A stretch of 10,884 nt of DNA from a virus (Duplodnaviria; Heunggongvirae; Uroviricota; Caudoviricetes), in the IMG/VR virus record IMGVR_UViG_3300001605_000025, positions 64,001 to 74,884 of that record; one strand, 5' to 3'. Positions 1 to 5,559 of the stretch are shown here, in pieces (position 1 is the stretch's first letter; every line of letters starts with the position of its first letter). The translations under genes were made by a program, and so were the position numbers. A model generated the notes under the pieces. The model ran no database searches and was not told the DNA's origin. It worked only from the letters and a program-made list of their open reading frames with translations.

Positions 1-76
1 ACCGTTAACAATGCCATCCTTTCGGAGGTATAAGCGTTTTCGGTAATTTAGCATGCTACCGTTACACCACAGACTC
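1..76 (-). tRNA. tRNA-like 5' half (acceptor 5' strand, D arm, start of anticodon arm) with a hairpin insertion; 3' half lies outside the window
   Basis: Minus strand from 76 reads GAGTCTG-TG-GTGT-AACGGTA-GCAT-G-CTAAA-TT-ACC-G: canonical U8/R9, a 4-bp D stem GTGT/GCAT and a D loop with GG. It is followed by a 44-nt GAAA-capped hairpin (44->1) instead of the anticodon 3' strand. Acceptor partner and T arm are not visible. Confidence 0.45.
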
Positions 77-80
77 ATTT

Positions 81-179
81 AACGGAGAGTACAGTCAAGC
101 ACGGCACGAATCCACATGTACCCAGTTAAGGGTACTTGGAGTTGAACCAAGAAGTATCCGTACTTTACGCTACTCCGTT
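81..179 (-). ncRNA. Structured RNA unit U5 (99 nt) containing a T-loop arm
   Basis: Outer stem AACGGAG/CTCCGTT (179-173/87-81); inner stem AAGTACGG/CCGTGCTT with one G-U (165-158/104-97); conserved TACTTC; T-arm CTTGG-TTCAACT-CCAAG (151-135) followed by hairpin TACCC-TTAACT-GGGTA. Confidence 0.75.
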
Positions 180-185
180 TTCTTT

Positions 186-311
186 AACAGAGGGAACATT
201 TGAATACAGAGGATTAGTTTAACGACATTTCGGTCGTCAGGGTTTGAACCTGATAGATCTCAAATATACGAGGTCATGTACCGAAGTATCTGTATTCAGT
301 GCCACTCTATC
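186..311 (-). ncRNA. Structured RNA unit U4 (126 nt) containing a T-loop arm
   Basis: Outer stem GATAGAG/CTCTGTT (two G-U); 10-bp stem TGAATACAGA/TCTGTATTCA (298-289/210-201); TAC then TTCGGT/ACCGAA helix enclosing hairpin GACCTC-GTATATTT-GAGATC and T-arm TCAGG-TTCAAAC-CCTGA (253-237). Confidence 0.75.
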
Positions 312-322
312 TTGTAATCATC

Positions 323-418
323 AGTAGGGAGAACGATCGAGAACGGGGTAACCTTTGCCCGGTCTAGCCGGAGGTCTTCGTACAGTGGTGAAGTATCCGT
401 TCTCTTTGCTACCCTATC
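323..418 (-). ncRNA. Structured RNA unit U3 (96 nt)
   Basis: Outer stem GATAGGG/CCCTACT (6 of 7 pairs); inner stem GAGAACGG/CCGTTCTC (404-397/346-339); TACTTC with TTC/GAA helix; second internal hairpin TCCGG-CTAGA-CCGGG. Confidence 0.7.
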
Positions 419-423
419 ATCTT

Positions 424-496
424 TCAGGAAGGTATAGGCCAGTACGGTGTTTAGTTCCAGTGTAAGTGAAGTAACCGTACTGTTTGCCATTCCTAC
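424..496 (-). ncRNA. Structured RNA unit U2 (73 nt)
   Basis: Outer stem GTAGGAA/TTCCTGA (6 of 7); 9-bp stem CAGTACGGT/ACCGTACTG (482-474/448-440) closing a 25-nt loop that starts TACTTC. Confidence 0.7.
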
Positions 497-514
497 ATTA
501 GCACCTCGGGGGAG

Positions 515-587
515 GTCGCAGGGTATAATCTAATACAGTATGATTTCAAGGTCAAGTAGAAGTAACTGTATTATTCGCCACTGCAGG
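515..587 (-). ncRNA. Structured RNA unit U1 (73 nt)
   Basis: Outer stem CCTGCAG/CTGCGAC (5 of 7); 9-bp stem TAATACAGT/ACTGTATTA (573-565/539-531) closing a 25-nt loop that starts TACTTC. Same geometry as U2. Confidence 0.7.
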
Positions 588-596
588 TACTACCGT

Positions 597-1592
597 TCAC
601 TCAAACATAACGTTGTCGAGTTTCTTAATTGCATTTGCAGTCTTAGCGGATTCAGGGTTAGCTGCAAATCCAGCAAACGACATGGAACGTCTCTTCCCGC
701 CATTTACCTTATCATCAGTTTCCATTGTCCGTCCCGCTGCAATAATATCATTTCCAGGACTTAAGGTATTAATCTCATCGTTCAGTTCACCATCAGCAGT
801 GAAACAAACCAGACCTTCCTGGAAAGTATCTGAATTCAGAACGATCATCATTCCTTTACCAGACTCACGAACTGAAACAATAGTCCCAGCTGTAACGACA
901 TGCTTGTTCTTCAGGATATCATTTACCGAAGCTAGATCTACAGCCATGTCATCCTTTCCGGCAACATCGTTAGCCAGCTTCCAGAACTCAGTATCTTCAA
1001 GCATCTTGATTACTTTCAGTCCTGGACCATCCTTCGGAACGGAAACATATCCTTTTTCTGAAGGTACACCGAAGATTGCATACTCATAACCGAGTTTACA
1101 ATCAAACGTTCCGAACACCCGGATGAATTTCTTCCCGATGATAAATAACGCTTCCCGTTGGATATTATCGCCTAACGGCTTACCCCAATTCCTATTCTTC
1201 ATCTTCTTAGTATCGGGGTCTAAGAACTCACGGTTATCCGCAGGAACGGGTTTATTATCCTTCATCATGAGCGTACCATCAGCATTGACAGCGACATACT
1301 TGCCACTGATAGCTTCAGTTGGATTCTGCTCATAGATCTCCATTGCCTTCCGCTTAGCGAAGTTATTCGAATCCTGCTTAGGACCGAACCCGATACATAC
1401 ACCGGTCAGTCTCTCAATCTTAGATCGTAAGATCTTACCAATTGCAAGTCGAATAGTCTTCTCAATGAAAGCATCATCCTCACCAGGATTCTGCTGGACA
1501 AGTGCAGCCTGAAGTGCTTTAACCTTCAGTTCCGCTTCCTTCTTATCCCATCCGCCCTTTACGAGCATTTCAACAAATGGTTTAGTCTGCAT
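597..1592 (-). CDS. 331-aa protein with probable C-terminal OB fold(s); putative single-stranded nucleic-acid-binding protein
   Basis: Longest ORF, RBS GAGGA 5 nt upstream. Helical N-terminus, then beta-rich; the C-terminal pattern (VVTAGTIVSVRE...MMIVLN...LVCF...LSPGNDIIAAGR) resembles the OB-fold strand order. CDS is secure; the function is pattern-based inference. Confidence 0.6.
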   Translation of the reverse strand: MQTKPFVEMLVKGGWDKKEAELKVKALQAALVQQNPGEDDAFIEKTIRLAIGKILRSKIERLTGVCIGFGPKQDSNNFAKRKAMEIYEQNPTEAISGKYVAVNADGTLMMKDNKPVPADNREFLDPDTKKMKNRNWGKPLGDNIQREALFIIGKKFIRVFGTFDCKLGYEYAIFGVPSEKGYVSVPKDGPGLKVIKMLEDTEFWKLANDVAGKDDMAVDLASVNDILKNKHVVTAGTIVSVRESGKGMMIVLNSDTFQEGLVCFTADGELNDEINTLSPGNDIIAAGRTMETDDKVNGGKRRSMSFAGFAANPESAKTANAIKKLDNVMFE

Positions 1593-1605
1593 TTAATTCC
1601 TCGTT

Positions 1606-1776
1606 TCATGGTTGCTTGTCAGTTATCGATGCTGTTGCGAGACCGAATACTGTTGCTCCGATCGTTGATACGATCATCACCGCAACAGCCGGTATCGTTC
1701 CACCATTAATTCCGTAAACGATTCCGAACACGAATAGTCCAGTTACTAATCCAAATACTATCTGAGTAGTATTCAT
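1606..1776 (-). CDS. 56-aa small membrane protein (two hydrophobic segments)
   Basis: Start refined to MNTTQ (ATGA overlap with the stop of 1773-2045); hydrophobic IVFGLVTGLFVFGIVYGI and IPAVAVMIVSTIGATVFGLA. Confidence 0.75.
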   Translation of the reverse strand: MNTTQIVFGLVTGLFVFGIVYGINGGTIPAVAVMIVSTIGATVFGLATASITDKQP

Positions 1777-2045
1777 AGTACCTTTACTCCAAGTTCTCTG
1801 AATGGTTTTCGCCAACATGAATGCGCATAGTATGTATTGCGTTCCCATTTAATCTGACAAAGGACTCCTTTATCAACCAACCGCATTAGATAGTATCGAG
1901 CCAATCGAATATCTATATTGAACATCTCCGCTACATCCGATAGCGTATAAGCTTCATCGATAGTCCAATCATTCAGTACGAAAAGTCCAATACGTTCACT
2001 CAGTATTTCGGTATAGAACGATGTTTCCATCTTCAAGTTGAACAC
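1773..2045 (-). CDS. Winged helix-turn-helix DNA-binding protein
   Basis: YTLSDVAEMFNIDIRLARYYLMRLVDKGVL followed by a beta-wing (CQIKWERNTYY) is a typical wHTH signature. Start may be GTG 2045 or ATG 2030. Confidence 0.75.
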   Translation of the reverse strand: MFNLKMETSFYTEILSERIGLFVLNDWTIDEAYTLSDVAEMFNIDIRLARYYLMRLVDKGVLCQIKWERNTYYAHSCWRKPFRELGVKVL

Positions 2046-2229
2046 CTACACCGAATTCTGGATGGTTGGAGAGATACTGATGTAACGAAACGTAAACGTT
2101 TTGTTTATCACGTCCAGTCTGGTCCACGTTAACCTTCAGCTTGTCCTTCTTTGCTTCCAAGAACGTAGCTACAATCTTTCGTGATTTGATTCGGCGTGGC
2201 AGCTTGGATGGTATTAACAAGTTCGTCAT
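1996..2229 (-). CDS. 77-aa basic hypothetical protein, possibly nucleic-acid-binding
   Basis: Perfect RBS GGAGGTGA 6 nt upstream of ATG; Lys/Arg-rich N-terminus. Confidence 0.75.
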   Translation of the reverse strand: MTNLLIPSKLPRRIKSRKIVATFLEAKKDKLKVNVDQTGRDKQNVYVSLHQYLSNHPEFGVGVQLEDGNIVLYRNTE

Positions 2230-2488
2230 ATAGTATCACCTCCCGCGATAATCGGAGTCCGAAGCCGATAAGGAGTTCTCTCGGAATTGCTTCGGTGGAT
2301 TCTGATGGTGGAACTGCAAACTGAATATCTAACGGAATCCCGTGTTCTCTACACTGAACTTTCAGTTTATACTTCAGGTCTGTAGTACTATCTTGTCTAC
2401 AGTGTATCCATAAAACTCCAGTCAGTTCAGTCCACGGTAATCGTTCAAATTGTACAGTCTGGTAGTTTCCGACCACCAGGAGGACCAT
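2129..2488 (-). CDS. Hypothetical protein (119 aa)
   Basis: ATG directly follows the TAA of the upstream gene, with GGGGAG RBS. The 3' 100 nt overlap the next gene. Confidence 0.6.
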   Translation of the reverse strand: MVLLVVGNYQTVQFERLPWTELTGVLWIHCRQDSTTDLKYKLKVQCREHGIPLDIQFAVPPSESTEAIPRELLIGFGLRLSREVILYDELVNTIQAATPNQITKDCSYVLGSKEGQAEG

Positions 2489-2821
2489 TTACTCCCCTTT
2501 CTGTTTCCGCTGTTTCGGGGGCTTCTCGTGATCGGTCAGTACAACAACCGCACCGGTCTTGTCCTTCCTAGTCTCATACATCCCATTGATCAGTGTACTA
2601 AAGTATGACTGATCAAGTTTGGCGTCCTCACCAATAAGTTTCTTAACGGCCTGGCGGAGAGTTGCCTGTGAAAGTTCAGTCATGTTCTGCTTTGCCTTTG
2701 CAGCAACAATGTTCCGAACATGTTCACGTATAATTCCTGCTTTCTCTCCTTTCACACCCTTTGCTGCCTGTTCTGCAGCAATAGAGTCATACAGGTCTGC
2801 AAGTTCAGTTGCTTTCGACAT
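2489..2821 (-). CDS. 110-aa basic helical protein, possible DNA-binding or chromatin-like; first gene after the TATA box
   Basis: Start refined to MSKAT (RBS GAGGA); Lys/Ala-rich with basic tail KPPKQRKQKGE. Confidence 0.7.
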   Translation of the reverse strand: MSKATELADLYDSIAAEQAAKGVKGEKAGIIREHVRNIVAAKAKQNMTELSQATLRQAVKKLIGEDAKLDQSYFSTLINGMYETRKDKTGAVVVLTDHEKPPKQRKQKGE

Positions 2822-2889
2822 AGTGTTTCCTCGGACGATTACGTCTGATAAAAATATCGTAATCTCCATAATATGATTGTACTTATTAG

Positions 2890-2897
2890 TATTTAAA
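2890..2897 (-). promoter_or_regulatory. Archaeal-type TATA box TTTAAATA
   Basis: Exact match to the TTTAWATA consensus in an AT-rich intergenic gap (2822-2899), about 70 nt upstream of the 2821 start. Confidence 0.6.
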
Positions 2898-2899
2898 TC

Positions 2900-3283
2900 T
2901 TATGATTTGTAAAGGACATTAAGATTTGAAAGGTAATGATAGTACGTGCTACCACATTCATTATCCTCGGAAACAGTAATAATGCGACCGGAAAGTGTGA
3001 TATGTTCCGTTATGACCTTCGAAATAGCTTTAGCCATCATCTCACACGATCCAGCGTCTGACTTGTTGATACAGAGAGGAAGTTTCTCGTTGATCGTCCG
3101 TTGAACTTGGTGAAACTCAAGTTCCCGATCGACAGCTGGATTGATAAAGATTTCAGCACGCCAATAGAATTTGTGACGGTGTGGTTCCCTCAGATATGAC
3201 ACGTCATCGGGAGCTCCAGGATAGTGGTGAAATGCAGTGAACGAACCCGTTACCCAGATAGACATACGTTCGATAGGAGTCAT
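2900..3283 (-). CDS. queD: QueD-like (6-pyruvoyl-tetrahydropterin synthase / T-fold) protein of the viral type
   Basis: Motifs F-x-A-F-H, P-H-R-H, D-R-E-L-E-F, S-C-E and V-S-E-D-x-x-x-G follow the PTPS/QueD Zn-binding layout; RBS GAGGT. Confidence 0.8.
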   Translation of the reverse strand: MTPIERMSIWVTGSFTAFHHYPGAPDDVSYLREPHRHKFYWRAEIFINPAVDRELEFHQVQRTINEKLPLCINKSDAGSCEMMAKAISKVITEHITLSGRIITVSEDNECGSTYYHYLSNLNVLYKS

Positions 3284-3423
3284 GGATACCTCACGTAATC
3301 ACTAACACAGTTACTTGGTCGTGATAGATTATCGTTTAGTTTATGTTGCTTGAAGCAACTCCAATGACGATCACTTCCGTATAGATTCATACAACTGTGG
3401 CACCACTTTTCTAGTTCAGTCAT
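3280..3423 (-). CDS. 47-aa Cys-rich microprotein (not in ORF track)
   Basis: MTELEKWCHSCMNLYGSDRHWSCFKQHKLNDNLSRPSNCVSDYVRYP; RBS GAGGGG; stop overlaps queD start (ATGA). Confidence 0.7.
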   Translation of the reverse strand: MTELEKWCHSCMNLYGSDRHWSCFKQHKLNDNLSRPSNCVSDYVRYP

Positions 3424-3567
3424 CTACCCCTCAACTATATAGTCGTCAACTATACTGATAACTTTATCCAGAACGTCTTTAGGAACGTCCTCACACGTAA
3501 TCCGTTTTACAAGTCTTGTTAACGGTGATACAAATATTAGTGCTAGTCTAGTAGTTGGTTCAGTCAT
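3424..3567 (-). CDS. 47-aa microprotein (not in ORF track)
   Basis: MTEPTTRLALIFVSPLTRLVKRITCEDVPKDVLDKVISIVDDYIVEG; ATGACTGA overlap with upstream stop; TAG abuts the next ATG. Confidence 0.7.
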   Translation of the reverse strand: MTEPTTRLALIFVSPLTRLVKRITCEDVPKDVLDKVISIVDDYIVEG

Positions 3568-3574
3568 GTTTATC
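3560..3574. repeat. 15-bp direct repeat TCAGTCATGTTTATC, copy 1 (copy 2 at 5759-5773)
   Basis: Exact match at two gene junctions, both reading ...D-K-H-D-stop / M-T... on the minus strand. Confidence 0.8.
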
Positions 3575-3880
3575 ATCTACTACTACCAGTATACGTTTAT
3601 CTTCCGGTATCAAGTTTATTATCTCATCGAACGTCGGTGCTGGCTTATCACCAAGGAATTCTTCCTTTAAGCGTCCCGCTGATCCAAATTCGTGTGTCCA
3701 CACTGGTCTCCCAAGTGTACTTTCAACTGCTTTATGAAACAGATCGAACGGCATACATAAACGTTTCGTAAATAGTTGAAACTCGACAATTTCACGATCG
3801 GTTTTTCCTTCCCACCACTTACTTTCAGCTAAGTGTATTGCCTGGTCTTTTGTCAGTTCGGTAACATCAGCTATCATCAT
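3560..3880 (-). CDS. Conserved-looking viral hypothetical protein (RPVWTHEF motif type)
   Basis: Start refined to MMIAD (RBS GGAG). The SKWW...FQLF...LCMPF...LGRPVWTHEFG pattern is familiar from uncharacterised phage proteins; function unknown. Confidence 0.75.
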   Translation of the reverse strand: MMIADVTELTKDQAIHLAESKWWEGKTDREIVEFQLFTKRLCMPFDLFHKAVESTLGRPVWTHEFGSAGRLKEEFLGDKPAPTFDEIINLIPEDKRILVVVDDKHD

Positions 3881-4010
3881 TATCTTCTCCGTATGGATCA
3901 ATCCACACGTTACACTTCTCCAGATATCCATCACACTGCTTACCAGTTAAGTCACAGATATTACAGTAAGCTGTTCGATCGTAATAGCTATACGGACAAC
4001 GGTTAGTCAT
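3867..4010 (-). CDS. 47-aa Cys-rich microprotein (not in ORF track)
   Basis: MTNRCPYSYYDRTAYCNICDLTGKQCDGYLEKCNVWIDPYGEDNDDS; ATGACTAA overlap with upstream stop. Confidence 0.7.
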   Translation of the reverse strand: MTNRCPYSYYDRTAYCNICDLTGKQCDGYLEKCNVWIDPYGEDNDDS

Positions 4011-4185
4011 TACGAATCACCAGTTTATATTCACGATAGCCGTCCAATGGTGACGTCAGCTCTCGTACAAGTGTTACTCTGTTCTCAGATATAGCACATG
4101 TAATCTTATCTAGATCAACGTTAGCTCTTCGTTTCTTAACGAACGTATTGATCTCTTTATCTGACATTTCAGATATATCAGTCAT
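4003..4185 (-). CDS. Hypothetical protein (60 aa)
   Basis: RBS GGTGA; coupled at both ends. Confidence 0.7.
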   Translation of the reverse strand: MTDISEMSDKEINTFVKKRRANVDLDKITCAISENRVTLVRELTSPLDGYREYKLVIRND

Positions 4186-4346
4186 TCTATCACCGGATCC
4201 CTTAGTCGATACACTATACCGTTCCCAGGGTTGATCGAACCCTCACACGATAAACATTTATACAACGTACCGTCTATCTGTTTCAGTAGTACGTTCAGTG
4301 CACCACATTCAGGACATCGTATAACTAGTCCATCAGTATAGTTCAT
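4182..4346 (-). CDS. 54-aa zinc-ribbon protein (not in ORF track)
   Basis: MNYTDGLVIRCPECGALNVLLKQIDGTLYKCLSCEGSINPGNGIVYRLRDPVIE; CPEC...CLSC; stop overlaps the 4185 start. Confidence 0.75.
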   Translation of the reverse strand: MNYTDGLVIRCPECGALNVLLKQIDGTLYKCLSCEGSINPGNGIVYRLRDPVIE

Positions 4347-4351
4347 AACGA

Positions 4352-4537
4352 TCAACCCGCCAGTTCAGCAAACAGAGTTTGAGCTTCATCGTGAGTCATA
4401 CAGCCTAATCGTTCACATGCCTGGAGGAATCCAGCAAGCATATTACGACAATTATAACGGTTACTCTCGTTCATTAGTCTAAAGTCTCCAAGTTCAGCAC
4501 AGAACTTTCTAACCTGTGGTTCGGCTTCAGTAGTCAT
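4352..4537 (-). CDS. Hypothetical protein (61 aa)
   Basis: ATGA overlap with upstream stop; fills the gene chain. Confidence 0.7.
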   Translation of the reverse strand: MTTEAEPQVRKFCAELGDFRLMNESNRYNCRNMLAGFLQACERLGCMTHDEAQTLFAELAG

Positions 4538-4692
4538 TTCATCAACTCTCTTACAATAATTTTACGAATCGATATATGTTTCTTTATATGGCATCTAGTA
4601 CATTCATATACTATACATATTTTCAGGTCATCAGGTGCGTAACCTTCATCCCAAGTATGTCCGAAAAAGAAACACGTTAGTTTGTCAGTCAT
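4534..4692 (-). CDS. 52-aa protein with C-x-F-F-G-H...C-x-R-C motif (DUF1660-like prophage Zn-binding protein)
   Basis: Start refined to MTDKLT (ATGACTGA overlap); LTCFFFGHTW...YECTRC matches the motif typical of that family. Confidence 0.65.
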   Translation of the reverse strand: MTDKLTCFFFGHTWDEGYAPDDLKICIVYECTRCHIKKHISIRKIIVRELMK

Positions 4693-4816
4693 CCTCGACA
4701 TAATCTGGTAACTCCTCACCGTCGTTAGCCCATTCGAACATCCAACTGTTGTGTGACATTAGTGTCTCAAACCACATATAGTCCCCAGACGGAACGTCAA
4801 CGATAGCTTTCTTCAC
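4685..4816 (-). CDS. 43-aa acidic microprotein (not in ORF track)
   Basis: GTG start, MKKAIVDVPSGDYMWFETLMSHNSWMFEWANDGEELPDYVEDD; GTGA overlap upstream and ATGACTGA overlap downstream. Confidence 0.65.
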   Translation of the reverse strand: MKKAIVDVPSGDYMWFETLMSHNSWMFEWANDGEELPDYVEDD

Positions 4817-4992
4817 GATAATCCCCTACAGAACTTACACATTGCTTCAGTTGGCTCACCACGTGAACGGCAGTCAGAACATATTAGTTCAACACACGGC
4901 CAGTCACCTTGACTTCTTCGTTGTGTCATATAATTACAGTATCCACAACCACACTTCGAGATACAGAAATCAACTAAGTCCTCATCGTTCAT
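4813..4992 (-). CDS. 59-aa protein with 9 Cys (not in ORF track)
   Basis: MNDEDLVDFCISKCGCGYCNYMTQRRSQGDWPCVELICSDCRSRGEPTEAMCKFCRGLS; RBS GGAG. Confidence 0.7.
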   Translation of the reverse strand: MNDEDLVDFCISKCGCGYCNYMTQRRSQGDWPCVELICSDCRSRGEPTEAMCKFCRGLS

Positions 4993-4993
4993 A

Positions 4994-5206
4994 TTACTGT
5001 CTCCAACGATACTGTGTACAGTCAGGAAATAGTATCTCAGCTATAGACTGTTGTAGTTTATTTCCTGACCGTGCTACTTCCTGCCACTCATCATCATGTC
5101 GCTTTCCAGGTACAGCATCAATATACGCCGCCCAGTCACCAACATCTTCATTAACCGAGGCTACAGCTATTACACGAGCTGATAACGCTCTATATCTACG
5201 AATCAT
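4994..5206 (-). CDS. Viral hypothetical protein (70 aa)
   Basis: ATGA overlap; globular-looking GDWAAY...G-x-KL...A-x-x-LFP pattern. Confidence 0.75.
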   Translation of the reverse strand: MIRRYRALSARVIAVASVNEDVGDWAAYIDAVPGKRHDDEWQEVARSGNKLQQSIAEILFPDCTQYRWRQ

Positions 5207-5544
5207 AGTCCAAGTTCCTTCACGGCATCTTCGAATGAGATACGCTTTCCAGTTCGTTCAACATGTTCAATATGTCTAAGTACCTTAAGTGTTCTCCCGA
5301 GATACTCAACATTAATCGTTTCGTTGTGTACCCAGATACGATATACGCTATACATCGTATTACTAATCATCTGGGTGTCGTATAACTTATCATCCAGATA
5401 ATCATGCATCTCCTGTTCAGACATTCCGTCTATAGCGTCACCGTTGACAAACTTTACCCACCTGGTCCTGTAGCGTTCCCAGCAAACATGTGGTCCTTCA
5501 ACAATACGCTTAATTCCAGATACTTCAATGTTTCCAAGCTTCAT
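5203..5544 (-). CDS. Hypothetical protein (113 aa)
   Basis: RBS GGAG upstream; coupled to the next gene. Confidence 0.75.
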   Translation of the reverse strand: MKLGNIEVSGIKRIVEGPHVCWERYRTRWVKFVNGDAIDGMSEQEMHDYLDDKLYDTQMISNTMYSVYRIWVHNETINVEYLGRTLKVLRHIEHVERTGKRISFEDAVKELGL

Positions 5545-5559
5545 CTAGTTCATCTCCAG

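Noticed and set aside
128-177. Anticodon-less mini-tRNA fold CGGAGTA/TACCCTT around the U5 T arm
   Set aside because: It has two mismatches and is out-competed by the perfect outer stem and the homologous inner stem shared with U1-U4.
312-430. CTGATGA (324-318) and GAAA as a hammerhead core, or AAGATGA/CTGA as a C/D kink-turn
   Set aside because: Hammerhead stems II and III cannot be formed. The k-turn needs a mismatch, a bulge and a very weak flanking stem, and is not shared by the other units.
296-490. 64-aa ORF in the supplied track
   Set aside because: It starts inside U2 (its ATG comes from the conserved RRTRGC motif), runs through U3 and stops in U4. The covarying stems explain the sequence better, and the nearby GAGGTG is in a hairpin and followed first by ATG-TAG. 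Dual coding is not excluded.
81-587. CRISPR, TIGR or iteron interpretation of the repeated GAAGTAWCYGTWY motif
   Set aside because: Spacing is irregular (78-132 nt), copies are degenerate with compensatory partners, and no cas or Nop-domain gene is seen. A DNA-level role cannot be fully excluded.
4227-4262. Hairpin AGGGTT-GATCG-AACCCT and TATA-like TATAAATG
   Set aside because: Both lie inside the coupled Zn-ribbon ORF 4182-4346 (encoding YKCLSCEGSINP); most likely incidental.
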